Positions 37,891-48,500 of a DNA stretch of 64,000 bases are shown here, piece after piece. The stretch is from IMG/VR virus record IMGVR_UViG_2518285548_000002, positions 1 to 64,000 of that record; one strand, written 5' to 3'. The translations under genes were made by a program, and so were the position numbers. The first letter of the stretch is position 1. Each line of letters opens with the position of its first letter. Below the pieces are notes generated by a model. The model was not told the origin of the DNA and ran no database searches. It worked only from the letters and a program-made list of their open reading frames with translations. This DNA is from a virus (Duplodnaviria; Heunggongvirae; Uroviricota; Caudoviricetes).

Positions 37891-39354
37891 ATGCCAAGAC
37901 CAACACCCGAGCAACTTGAGCGAATCAATAAATTCACTGCACGAGAGTTGACTACTGAGGAAGTATATGTCTTCCCCAACATGATGATTGACGATCAGGT
38001 GACTGCTTATTCGTCCAAGTTGCACCCGAACCTCCTTCGAAAATTCGTCAAGGACGCGAACAAAGGGGTAGGACTTCTTATGAACCATAACAGCAGAAGT
38101 CTACCCGTAGGTCGCTCTTTTGGTGCGGATATTCGTGAGGAGTTTGACGAGGAGTATGGGTACACACAATCTGTCTACGGACAGTTCTATATCGACCTTG
38201 GTAGGCAGACCGAGAGCGGTATGAGCACTGATGACATTGTTAAAGGGATTGACGCAGGTACGATCTTCGATACGTCCATTGGATTCAATGCAACACAGTG
38301 GAACTGCACAATCTGTAATCACGACATTAGAGATTACATAAACTGCTCTCACTTTCCTGGTGAGAAGTACGAGGTTAAAGGTGAAGATGGAGTTTACCGT
38401 ACCGATACTTGTTACGTTATGGCGGGCGAGGACGGAGATGGTGAACTGTTAGAGAACTCCCTCGTGTATTCGGGTGCTTGTAATAGAGCCGCAATCAAGA
38501 ATAACTTTTCTCGTGGTGGTGGCGTTAGCGGAGAAACCAAAGGTTCTAAACTACACTTAGTAGAGAACTTCAAAAACATTCCGTTAAACGCGACCATTAC
38601 CCAGTATTACACGAAAGACGGTTCTGTACTATTTACGGATACTGATGATCGCACTGACGGTGCTGAATATCTGAAGCAAAGGAGTGAATCCGAAGTGGAA
38701 TATGCAAAAATCCAAGCTATGTTCTCACAAGTAGGTGTTGAGATCACTGAAAACCTGACTGCTGATGAACTTACTGCAAAGGTTAAAGAAGCGTTCTCAG
38801 CAAAAGACTCGCAAGTTCAAACTTTGACTGCTGAACTTGAATCTGTTCGCGGTGAACTAGCTACAGCAACTACGGATTTAGAAGCTGAGAAACAACTATC
38901 TGCAACTAAAGACCAGGCTATCGAGGAACTTACTCGCACGAACGAGGAGCTGACGGAGAAGGCTGAACTGGGAAACACATATCGGCAAGACTTGACTAAT
39001 CAAGCACTTGAGCTAGGTGTTCGCGCACAAGGCAATGCCTTTAACTCGAAGATGTACGAGAAGTTCTTGGGTACATTGTCTGTTGCTGAAATCAAGGAAG
39101 TCATTCAAGGATTTGATGCTGAAGTGAACACTCGCTTCTCAGGAGCGCGAGTTAGTGACGGAAGTACTGGTGGAGAGCAACGATTGAATAATGGTACTCC
39201 AAAGTCTCGTGAAGATTTCGAGAATGAGACAGAGTTTCGAAACTTCGTAGCCGATGAAGCTACCAAGTACTCAAAGGAACAAGGTGTTTCGATCACAGAA
39301 GCAACTAAGTTCATGTTTAAGAAATATTCTAAACAAGATGGGAGTGCTGAGTAA
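37891..39354 (+). CDS. head morphogenesis/scaffold-like protein (coiled-coil C-terminal half)
   Basis: Start trimmed to MPRPTPEQ after AAGGAGGTG. Confidence 0.45.
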   Translation: MPRPTPEQLERINKFTARELTTEEVYVFPNMMIDDQVTAYSSKLHPNLLRKFVKDANKGVGLLMNHNSRSLPVGRSFGADIREEFDEEYGYTQSVYGQFYIDLGRQTESGMSTDDIVKGIDAGTIFDTSIGFNATQWNCTICNHDIRDYINCSHFPGEKYEVKGEDGVYRTDTCYVMAGEDGDGELLENSLVYSGACNRAAIKNNFSRGGGVSGETKGSKLHLVENFKNIPLNATITQYYTKDGSVLFTDTDDRTDGAEYLKQRSESEVEYAKIQAMFSQVGVEITENLTADELTAKVKEAFSAKDSQVQTLTAELESVRGELATATTDLEAEKQLSATKDQAIEELTRTNEELTEKAELGNTYRQDLTNQALELGVRAQGNAFNSKMYEKFLGTLSVAEIKEVIQGFDAEVNTRFSGARVSDGSTGGEQRLNNGTPKSREDFENETEFRNFVADEATKYSKEQGVSITEATKFMFKKYSKQDGSAE

Positions 39355-39788
39355 TGGCAGGTCAATTCACGAGACATCAAAAGTCTTACCGCATTGATGC
39401 GAATAACGTCAACCCTGACACAGGGAAGAACGAGATTCCTCTGTACCGCATTGTCGAGCACAGCGGCGAAGACTTGACGAAGCTTGCAGGTGCCAACACT
39501 ATCCCGTTGGGTGTCGCTGACAATGACGAACGAGTGGATGACCCGTTGCGTGATGGTGGTTCTCAAGCAGGACGCCAAATTGCAATCAAACTGGAAGGTA
39601 TCGCAAGTATCAAATTGGCGGGTACCGTAGCGGTTACTGATCGCATCTACACGGTTGCAGGTGGTAAGGGTGATTCCGTGGACAACGCTCCTGCGGGCAC
39701 TTACAACGTCTTAGGCTTCGCTGAAAAGGGCGGGGTTGCAGGTGATGTAATCCCTGTACGGATGTCGTACCACTTGTTCACAAAGTAA
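39354..39788 (+). CDS. hypothetical head protein
   Basis: ORF between scaffold and capsid genes. Confidence 0.45.
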   Translation: MAGQFTRHQKSYRIDANNVNPDTGKNEIPLYRIVEHSGEDLTKLAGANTIPLGVADNDERVDDPLRDGGSQAGRQIAIKLEGIASIKLAGTVAVTDRIYTVAGGKGDSVDNAPAGTYNVLGFAEKGGVAGDVIPVRMSYHLFTK

Positions 39789-39846
39789 TAACTGGGCTTC
39801 GGAGACGGAGCCTTCTTATCCTAATATTAACTAAGGAGTGACATAG

Positions 39847-40821
39847 ATGCCAACAGTTCAGAAGGTGCATATCGACAAACCCTTGTCGAACATCTCCATC
39901 GGCTACAAGAACGAAGCGTATATCGCTGACCAAATCTTCAAACCGTTGGAAGTAAAGAAGCAGTCTGACCGTTACTACGTATACGGTATGGAGAAGTTCC
40001 GTACTCATAACGACCTTCGTGCCCCTGGTACAGAAGCGAATGAGATCAACTGGACGCTTTCCAATGATACGTACTTCACCGAAGGACATGCCCTCCGTCA
40101 CGCTATTGCTGACGAAGAAAAGGCAAACGCAGATGAGGAGTTCGACCTCGAAACCGAGGGTACAGAGCTTGTTACCGAAGGTATCCTCTTGAATAAAGAG
40201 GTTGACGCGGCTAACCAAGTAATGAACGCGAACAACTATCACAATGATCTGCGGCTGACTCTCGGTACGGCAGGTACGTACAAGTGGAGTGACTACGAGA
40301 ACTCCGACCCAATCCTGGACGTTCACAAGGCAAAGGAAGCACTTCACCAGAAATCGGGTATTCGTCCTAACACGATGATTATGTCCGAGCAAGTCATGAA
40401 CGTGCTGAAACTTCACCCTAAGATCAAGGAAGTCATCAAGTATGTTGAGCGTGGAATCATCTCCACTGAACTGCTAAAAGCAGTGTTTGGCGTTGATAAC
40501 TTCTTGGTCGGTTCAGCGCTAGTGTCTGACGCGACCAACGCAGGGTCTTACCAGCCTGGACAGCGTGAAGACCTGAACTACATTTGGGGAACCTCGGTAG
40601 TTCTTGCATACATTGCTCCACGTCCAGGCAGGAAGCAAGTGTCGCTTGGATACAGCTTCATGTGGAACAAAGACGGTAACGGTGCTGTCCAAGTGCGTAA
40701 GTGGTACGAGGTTGGTCGTAAGGCTACCATCGTAGAAGCTGAGCGTTGGTACAACCAAAAGATGATCTCGGATGTTGCGGGCTTCATCTTCGCAGATGCG
40801 GTAATTCCGTTCAGCGGCTAA
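39847..40821 (+). CDS. putative major capsid protein
   Basis: Size, position, followed by strong terminator. Confidence 0.55.
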   Translation: MPTVQKVHIDKPLSNISIGYKNEAYIADQIFKPLEVKKQSDRYYVYGMEKFRTHNDLRAPGTEANEINWTLSNDTYFTEGHALRHAIADEEKANADEEFDLETEGTELVTEGILLNKEVDAANQVMNANNYHNDLRLTLGTAGTYKWSDYENSDPILDVHKAKEALHQKSGIRPNTMIMSEQVMNVLKLHPKIKEVIKYVERGIISTELLKAVFGVDNFLVGSALVSDATNAGSYQPGQREDLNYIWGTSVVLAYIAPRPGRKQVSLGYSFMWNKDGNGAVQVRKWYEVGRKATIVEAERWYNQKMISDVAGFIFADAVIPFSG

Positions 40822-40834
40822 TCCGCGTCACAAT

Positions 40835-40884
40835 AGGTCGCTACTGTAAGGCTATCGCCTAGCGGTAGCGACCTTTCTTATTCT
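40835..40884 (+). terminator. rho-independent terminator
   Basis: AGGTCGCTAC-loop-GTAGCGACCT then T-rich. Confidence 0.6.
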
Positions 40885-40910
40885 AAACCAATTGAGGAGG
40901 GCTAACCCCT

Positions 40911-41396
40911 ATGAAGAAGGCTGACGTAATCAAGGCACTCAAAGACCTCGGTGTACCTGCTGAGCAGATCGAGGAAATGGAATACAACGAGCTGAAAGCA
41001 TTGCTCAAGGAGAAGGAGGAGGTTCAGGATGGACAAGCAGATGCAGGAACTCAAGGTGAAGAAGGGGGAACTGGCAAAGCAGTTGTCGAGAAAGAACAGC
41101 TTAAAGCCTCAAGCAATGATGGTACAGACAAAGCTAACAACGCTGAACCGCTAGTTGCTTTCGACTATCATCTACGACTGTACGAGAACAAGATCATCAG
41201 CGTACATCCGCAAGCTAAGCGGGTGGTCATCACAAACTTGGGTGAGGGAGACCTTTACTCGGATGTGGACGCGATTAGCTTCGACCCTGCTGACCGATTG
41301 GAGCCAGGAGCTTCTAAAGAGTTTAAGGGAGCCAACAAGGTGTTCGTTCGATCTGCAAGCCGACCAACGGTACGTATCGAGCAGTTTACTAACTAA
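40911..41396 (+). CDS. hypothetical structural protein
   Basis: ORF with RBS. Confidence 0.5.
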   Translation: MKKADVIKALKDLGVPAEQIEEMEYNELKALLKEKEEVQDGQADAGTQGEEGGTGKAVVEKEQLKASSNDGTDKANNAEPLVAFDYHLRLYENKIISVHPQAKRVVITNLGEGDLYSDVDAISFDPADRLEPGASKEFKGANKVFVRSASRPTVRIEQFTN

Positions 41397-41410
41397 GGAG
41401 GAGGGGCACC

Positions 41411-41845
41411 ATGCTAATTCTAAGCGAAGGTTATGAGACATCTGTCAGGTCTAAGTTGGGGGCTAAGGAGTCTGAGCTTCCTAACCAGGAGATCAACCAA
41501 CCTCTAATAACTGACCTCGCTGAAGCTGTGATTACCAAACGGGTGCCCAAGTACTCCGAAATCACTGATGCTGTCGATCTCCTACTTATTAAAAATGCTG
41601 TGGTCTGTTATATCTGCTACTTGGTTTGCCCGAGCATGTCACGGCGGGTGAACCAAGAGGTATCGACCATTGATGTGAAGTGGAAGAAGGACAAAGTGGA
41701 CTGGGATGAAAGGGCACAGCAGTTCTTGGCTGATTGTGAGAACTCCTTAGGTCAGATCAGTACGGTAGAGGTGGACAACGGAAACGGTGATGCCGCATTG
41801 CTGACGGTCATCAAGTCCAACCGTAACTGGGATTCGGGAGCGTGA
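41411..41845 (+). CDS. hypothetical head-tail joining protein
   Basis: ORF, position. Confidence 0.45.
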   Translation: MLILSEGYETSVRSKLGAKESELPNQEINQPLITDLAEAVITKRVPKYSEITDAVDLLLIKNAVVCYICYLVCPSMSRRVNQEVSTIDVKWKKDKVDWDERAQQFLADCENSLGQISTVEVDNGNGDAALLTVIKSNRNWDSGA

Positions 41846-41849
41846 TTAA

Positions 41850-42461
41850 GTGAAGGACATCAAACGACAAATCATTCTTGATGAGGGCACTCCCGTAGAG
41901 GTTATCGACTCCACGGGATCTGTTGTTGAATCTACAACTGCGCTCGTAGGTAAGGCAAACAAGGTTTCCTACGCTGAAATCTCCCTGGAAGCCCACAGGC
42001 AAGGGCAGTTCATTCCCGAGGTAGCTGTGGGGAACGGGAACCTAATCCGAAGCGTTATAACGGACACTCACTACCTCGTACTTGCTTCAATGGATGAGAT
42101 CGTCCAGGCAGAGAAGATCGCCACCATCTGTCGGATGCTTGAGTGCAATAGCGGTATGACCCTTGAGCGAATTGAGGAGACCGCTGATGATAACGGGAAC
42201 ATCAAGAAGACTCCCGTTAAGGTGGCAGACAACCTAAAAGTCTATGTCGAGTCGGGGCGGGCGACTATCGAGCAGAAGAAGCCAGGACTACAGCCTGAAG
42301 TGGAGTTCCGCGTATACGCTCCGCTGATTGATGTAAGGCTCCTCGACAAGATCACATTGGACATCAACGGTAAGCAGGTACCTTTCAAGGTAGATGCCGT
42401 GGACTATGTTAGTTTTGCAGGTGTTGTCATTGCTGATGTTTGCACTGAGACAAGGAAGTGA
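41850..42461 (+). CDS. hypothetical structural protein
   Basis: ORF. Confidence 0.5.
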   Translation: MKDIKRQIILDEGTPVEVIDSTGSVVESTTALVGKANKVSYAEISLEAHRQGQFIPEVAVGNGNLIRSVITDTHYLVLASMDEIVQAEKIATICRMLECNSGMTLERIEETADDNGNIKKTPVKVADNLKVYVESGRATIEQKKPGLQPEVEFRVYAPLIDVRLLDKITLDINGKQVPFKVDAVDYVSFAGVVIADVCTETRK

Positions 42462-43207
42462 TGCGAATGGCGCGAGGAGGACGAGGAAGACCGTCACAAA
42501 AGAATAATATTATCTACTTCCAAGAGCAAGAGTTTTTGATTGCACTAAAGAGTGCTCTGAAGGAATCGACCATGACTATCAGGCAGAACATCCTTGCTAC
42601 TGCTCTTGCAAATGCAAGGAAACTCGACATGAGGGAAAAGAAGACAGTTCGTATAGAAGGACAGCCTATCACGAGTGACCGTGACCGAAGAAACGATTTG
42701 ATAAAGTCCATTGTGGCTCTACAGACTGAGTGGTTGTCAAGCTCTGTCGGTGGTAAAGCCAATACACTCTTGAGGATGGGTGTAGGGGCAATGGAGCAGG
42801 ACGCATCGTTTAAGAAGTCGTATGTGGGTCTCTACTACGAGTACGGTATTGGGGGAAAGCAAGACCCTTCAGGTTACTGGATTGAAGTTATGGCTGACCC
42901 TAACCCTTGGCGTAGTCCAGGGCAGTATTCTGTAACAAGGTCTAAATTCAAACCTGAAGGGAGGAAAGGACGTTGGCGAGACCTCGGTGGGAACATACGT
43001 ATCACTAAATCACCAAGGGGTGGTGAGAGGAATCCAGTATTAAAGAGGATTGGGCAAGACTTTAGCGCACAGTTTTGGTTTCGGAGTGCCTTTAAACAGT
43101 TCTCGACCAAGAAGTTTGTCCTAGACCAGTACAAGGCGGCAATCAATAAGGTAGACCCGAGAAAGTATATCGTTTCCAAAAAGACATTTACTCTCGGAAA
43201 AGACTAG
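42461..43207 (+). CDS. hypothetical structural protein (TGATG-coupled start)
   Basis: ORF. Confidence 0.5.
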   Translation: MRMARGGRGRPSQKNNIIYFQEQEFLIALKSALKESTMTIRQNILATALANARKLDMREKKTVRIEGQPITSDRDRRNDLIKSIVALQTEWLSSSVGGKANTLLRMGVGAMEQDASFKKSYVGLYYEYGIGGKQDPSGYWIEVMADPNPWRSPGQYSVTRSKFKPEGRKGRWRDLGGNIRITKSPRGGERNPVLKRIGQDFSAQFWFRSAFKQFSTKKFVLDQYKAAINKVDPRKYIVSKKTFTLGKD

Positions 43208-43221
43208 AGGTGGAAAACTAA

Positions 43222-43662
43222 ATGGCAGTAGTTGATTTGTATAACGGTATCTACAAGGTGTTAGCGAATGACACTGACGTTCTAAACTACTTAGGAGTAG
43301 GGGGTAGTACTAATAATCTCACGAAGGCAAGACGCATTCAGAAGCGTTCTAAGCCTACTAACTTGGTTGAGGATAACGTCCCACTCGTGGCTTTCTATAC
43401 ACCTAACGGAGGTCGCAATCCTGATAATCACTATGTGTACGTTTGCCCATTTGTCTTCGACATCTACACCAATGATGATGTGGATGCCGCACAGCGATTA
43501 GCAAATCGAATCATTAAGTTGTTTGATGGTGAGCTACACCCAATGCAAGGAATCGAGAGTTTCGAGTCTTATTTCGTTCAAGGATTCGAAACCGATGTGG
43601 ATGTCACAAATATGTATTGCTTCACGGTAGTCATCGAGTTCTCGGTGACTCTTGAGGAGTAA
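43222..43662 (+). CDS. hypothetical structural protein
   Basis: ORF. Confidence 0.5.
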   Translation: MAVVDLYNGIYKVLANDTDVLNYLGVGGSTNNLTKARRIQKRSKPTNLVEDNVPLVAFYTPNGGRNPDNHYVYVCPFVFDIYTNDDVDAAQRLANRIIKLFDGELHPMQGIESFESYFVQGFETDVDVTNMYCFTVVIEFSVTLEE

Positions 43663-43690
43663 CTTTTACTAACTAAAAGGAGTGAACGAG

Positions 43691-44518
43691 ATGGCAAAGA
43701 AAATGATTATCAAGGGCGTAGGTACATTCATGGCTAAACGCCTCCCTACTGACCCGTTGGGTGCTGTAGAGGTAATTACTCTTGGTACACTTCAAGACTT
43801 GAAAATCGACCTTAACGTAGAGCTTGAGGACATCTTCGGCGGTGACGGTCTGTTCGCAATTGACGTATTGGTTAAATCCAAGTCCATTGAAGTATCCGCA
43901 ACGGACGCGAAGTTCGATCTGGATGCGATTCAGTTGATGATGGGTTCCACTGTTCAGGATCAAGTTAACTCCTTCGTGTGGGTGCTAAATGAACAGGATT
44001 CGGCTTCTGCTAGTACCGTCAACAAAGGGTATGCAGAGGTAACTCCTAACTTCGCGGATACTATCTACGGAGCTGACGGTGAGATGGCTGTTCGCTTGAA
44101 GGATGTTAACAAGTTGCTGAAGAAGAAAGCGTCCCTGGGTACTACACCTGACCTTGCGACTGATGAGTTCTACTTCGATGATACTAATGGAGTTGTTGTC
44201 TTGAACGCGGCTCACGTAGGTAAAGATGTCGTGATGAACTACAAGCGCGAAGAAGTCGTTGACATGGTAGACCTGCTTGTTGACGAAGTACCGTTCCCAA
44301 TCACGGTTATCCACCACGGTACATTCCAACAAAAAGATGGTACGTTCGCGGGTGTAGAAACCGAGCTGTATATGTGCCGTGCAAAGGGTACGTTCAGTAT
44401 CAACGCTCAACGTGCTTCCGCTTCTGCGTCTGCTATCTCACTGCAAATCCTAGACCCTGAACGGGCTGACGGTAAACTGGGTAGCATCAAACGCTTTAGC
44501 GCGACTTCTAGGGTCTAA
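43691..44518 (+). CDS. putative major tail protein
   Basis: Position, followed by compound terminator. Confidence 0.45.
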   Translation: MAKKMIIKGVGTFMAKRLPTDPLGAVEVITLGTLQDLKIDLNVELEDIFGGDGLFAIDVLVKSKSIEVSATDAKFDLDAIQLMMGSTVQDQVNSFVWVLNEQDSASASTVNKGYAEVTPNFADTIYGADGEMAVRLKDVNKLLKKKASLGTTPDLATDEFYFDDTNGVVVLNAAHVGKDVVMNYKREEVVDMVDLLVDEVPFPITVIHHGTFQQKDGTFAGVETELYMCRAKGTFSINAQRASASASAISLQILDPERADGKLGSIKRFSATSRV

Positions 44519-44534
44519 TCTATAGCTGAATAAT

Positions 44535-44604
44535 CCTGGCAAGGTATCGAACGGAATCTGTGTCTTCCCCTGCACAGACCCTTGCCTTGCCAGGTTTTTT
44601 ATTT
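44535..44604 (+). terminator. compound rho-independent terminator
   Basis: CCTGGCAAGG...CCTTGCCAGG + T-run with inner CTGTG/CACAG hairpin. Confidence 0.6.
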
Positions 44605-44637
44605 TCAGGGGATATAAACTCAGGGGAGGATTACATA

Positions 44638-45117
44638 ATGGAAACAGAAAAGGAACGTGCAGAGCGTGAGTTGGCTGAGAAGATGAATGCTGAAGCCGCT
44701 GAACGATTTAAGAATGACCCAAACAACAAGAAGGTAACTCAGGAGGAAGCAGATGCCGCTGAGAGGGCTTTCTTCGAGGATGATGAGGTTATTACTCTCC
44801 GAGATAAACGAAAATACCGTATCCCTCCGTGTAACCTGAAGGATGCCCGCCGATTGATGAAGCTCCTGAAGACGGTGAACGTAGATGCTATCATCCTAAA
44901 CTTCATCCCAACGGACGATGCAGAGAACGATGAGAAGCGGCAAAACGACTTGTTCGACATCCTAGCCATGGCGTTCAAGAACTACCATCATATTGTTACT
45001 AAGGGAGAGAACGGGGAGTATATTGTGAACCGAGACTACCTGGACGAGTACCTTGATCTTAATACCGCACGTTCGGTGATCGACATCCTTATCGGTTTGA
45101 ACGGTCTAAAAAAGTAG
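44638..45117 (+). CDS. putative tail assembly chaperone
   Basis: Start moved from track GTG (inside terminator) to ATG after GGGGAGGA; position before TMP. Confidence 0.4.
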   Translation: METEKERAERELAEKMNAEAAERFKNDPNNKKVTQEEADAAERAFFEDDEVITLRDKRKYRIPPCNLKDARRLMKLLKTVNVDAIILNFIPTDDAENDEKRQNDLFDILAMAFKNYHHIVTKGENGEYIVNRDYLDEYLDLNTARSVIDILIGLNGLKK

Positions 45118-45137
45118 AACGCGCCGAGGGGGAGCCA

Positions 45138-45479
45138 ATGGAGGGCACCGAAATCCGTGACGTGGAGACACAGGAGCCACTGCACTGGGGAGAGATTTTC
45201 TTCACCCTCCATAAGCATTGTGGACTGAACAAGTGGGAGATATGGGAGTACACACTCCCTCAGGTTGCGGAGCTGTGTAAGTCAGCCGATAAGTACATTC
45301 AGTTCGAGGTTGAGCTTATGACAGCACCTCTCCGTATGTTCGGTGGCGGTGGGGGAGAAGAAGCAGAAGCAGTAGGTGCTGACGGAACTATCAGACGTAA
45401 GAGAACCTTCGATGATGAAGACTATATTGAGATTAGCGAAGATGACATCGGTCTCTTAGCACAAGCTCTTGGAGGGTAA
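45138..45479 (+). CDS. hypothetical protein (tail chaperone region)
   Basis: ORF with RBS. Confidence 0.45.
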   Translation: MEGTEIRDVETQEPLHWGEIFFTLHKHCGLNKWEIWEYTLPQVAELCKSADKYIQFEVELMTAPLRMFGGGGGEEAEAVGADGTIRRKRTFDDEDYIEISEDDIGLLAQALGG

Positions 45480-45488
45480 GTGAGTTCT

Positions 45489-45528
45489 ATCCCGTTCTGC
45501 CTAAACTAAGGTAGGACGGGATTTTTTT
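45489..45528 (+). terminator. hairpin + T7 immediately before TMP start
   Basis: ATCCCGT...ACGGGAT TTTTTTT. Confidence 0.5.
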
Positions 45529-48500
45529 ATGAGGACGGTGATTATTTTGGGTGAGACTCAAGGACAAAAACACTCTTTAACAACCGAGATTCTTATGGAC
45601 TTCGGTCAGTCCGTATCTGAGACTGGAAAGTTCGCGGGTGAGGTTACTAAACTGGGGGCTTCATTCAATGTCCTCTCGGACGCTGTTCATAAAGTAGCTA
45701 ACGATTCTGAGCGTATGAACCTTGCTATTGGCGACAAGATTGCTAGAGCTGTTGCTGAAATCAAAGATGGTTCTAACATAAAGCTCAATGCAAATTCGAT
45801 TAAGAGTGCGGTAGAGTCTGCTATTGCATCTAAGCTTATACACGGTAAGGTCAATATCGAAGGAGACCTGTCACCGCTTAGCGTAAACCTTACGCAAAAG
45901 AAGTGGAGTAGTATGACTTCTGAGGTAAGAGCTAAAATGAAAGAAGCCATTGAAGCGTCTTCGATTAAGGTAGGAAATGTTAAACCTTTCGTCTTCTCGG
46001 AGTACGGATTCCGTGAGCTTCAAGAGAGATTCAATAAGGAGCTTCAGAGCGCAATCTCTACACGTATGTCCTTCGCTTGGGGTAGTGTAACTAAGGAGAT
46101 GAAGGACGGTACGATGGCTAGGGTTCCTAAGCCTATGAAGTTTGAGGTGAAGGAAGAAGACCTGAAGCATCTTATGAACACTGTATCCAATGAGTTCATG
46201 AAGCATATTAGTGACCCTAAGAACATTGTAGTCGGAAACATTCAGCCAGTACAGTTCGACTCTGCTCGTTTGAACATGGCTGTAGGACGTATCAAGGAAG
46301 CTATTGGTGACATTGACAAGCATTTGCTGAATGTTAACCTGGACGAACTGAAGAAGCTCCCTAACCTTGACAAGAGCATGATGAACTTCCGTACTGCGAT
46401 GGAGACCACTGTAGCACAGATCACTCAACTTGACGCTGAGTTGAAAGGTCTTCGCCTTAACGGTCAGGAGAAGGAATTGGCATCCGTGCTTAGCAAAATT
46501 CAAGGTCTTAGAACGACAATCGTGGATAAAGTTGGTTTACTTATCACAAGTGTGGGCGAGGAGATCAAGAAAGTCCCACTAGGTACTAAAGAGTACGCGA
46601 ACTACAAGGCTACTCTTGACAATGTTGGTCATATAGTAGACAGGCACATCCAAGCTGAGATCAATGGTATGGTTACGGGTTTGGCGGCTCGACTTGGAAT
46701 TGACCCTGCAACAGGAGCATCCACAAAGGGCGCAGGTGAGAACAATAAGTGGATTGCCAGTATCAAGGGGGTGCAAGAGCTTCTTATTACTTCTGCTGAA
46801 AGTGCGGTTAAGAACCTTGCACATGCTGACTTAGGAATCGACTTCAACCTGATTATCAACCACTTCCGTGAATGGTCTTCTCAGATGAGAGCTAAGATGC
46901 TTCTTGACTCCCAACATTCCTTAGAGAAACTGACAGCACAGCTAACTGCAAGCAACAAGGAGGTTCTTGACTCTTTTTCTCAAGCCATTACTAGGGTTGC
47001 TAAGTTCCAATTTGAACCGACTGCTGTAGGTAACGTGATGGTAAACCTTCCAGTAGATCAGCTACGTCCTCGTGTTCTTGCTGAGATAGAGAAAGTAGTA
47101 AAAGAGATGGTTCAGGGATTCAAGGCAGTCCCTCACGGGGCGGCAGGAACAGTAGATACTGTTACCTTGCCTGAGAGTACTACTTCCTCTATCAATACTG
47201 CGTTAAAAGGTATTCTGATGGCTCAATCCGAGCAGTTGTTGGCTCAGCTTCGTGCGGGAGAAGGTGTAAAACCATCTGCTTCTGATCTTGCTCAACTTGA
47301 TGCAGTAATGGCACAGGAGTCCAAAGAGCTGATTAAGTTGATCGTTGACCAAGCATCCAAGAATGCTCGAACCCTTGCTGAAGGAATCAGTGCAAACGGG
47401 TTCCAATCCTTTACGAAGGACGACCAAGCACGAATTAAAAAAGAGATGGAGATGACACTTCAGAAGACCGTTACTGAGTTTACGAAGGCAGTAGATTCTG
47501 CTTTTGGGGCTTTCACTATGACTGTCGCTACAGCTCAGTCCATGCACAGTAAGTTGAGTGAGGAACTGAACCGTAAGATTGCTACGAGCAATATCACGTT
47601 CCTCGATGCTAAGGAGCCTTTGGTTCTTACGGGAGCTGTCACAACCATTCAGAAGAAACTACATGAAGCTGTATTGTCCAATATCGCGGCATGGAAGCCT
47701 GACTCTATTCCCTTACATATCGCTACTGATGCTCCTGCTACAGCTATGCGTAATGCCATTCAATCCATGCTGAACATGGCTTCGAGCAAGGTTGTTGAAG
47801 GTGTGGGAGGTATTGCTGATGGTGCTAATGCGATCTTTCTGAACCCTAAGAAACTCCATAAAGATGTTAGACGTGCACTGGCTACAGCGGAAGGGTTTGA
47901 TAAAGTAGCTGACTGGGAGAAGGCTTTCAAGGCGGGTGTGTCTCTTGAGAAGGCTACTGGTCAGATCATGGAAGAAGGGGTACGTACTGTACTTAACAAG
48001 TTCCATAACGCAATTGCGAAGAATACTTCCTCAGCAATTTCTGCATACAGCGAAGCTTTGGGGAAAGTAGACGTTCAACCTGATCTTACTAGCGTTCATG
48101 TCCTTGTAAGACGTGTTGGGGAGATGATGGACAATGTTCAGTTCCGTATGGTCGAGGTACTTACCAAGAACTTGGAATCCTTCTACAAAGGTGCTATAGA
48201 CGGAATTAAGAATTTGCCACACATCACATCGAGTATTGGGTACCGTCCACCTGCGGGAGGTTCTTTGGAATTGACCTCTCAGCCATTCCCATTTGGAGAG
48301 CCGAGAGCGAACCTTCCTGTAGACACACGTTACCCTACAGCAGACAAGCCACCTAAAGGGTACTCAGAGTTCGACATGATGAATCGTTGGGAAAGGGAAG
48401 CACGAATTAGGGTTCTTAACACCAAGAACAGATTCGAGAAAAGCAACCTTTCCGAAGATCAAAGAAGTCGTTTGCATGACTTTCTTGACAACGACTACAT

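Noticed and set aside
39778-40416. 212-aa minus ORF
   Set aside because: Antisense within the major capsid gene in a uniformly plus-strand late operon.
44560-44637. GTG start of track ORF 44560-45117
   Set aside because: Lies inside the terminator hairpin; an ATG at 44638 with GGGGAGGA RBS is a better start.
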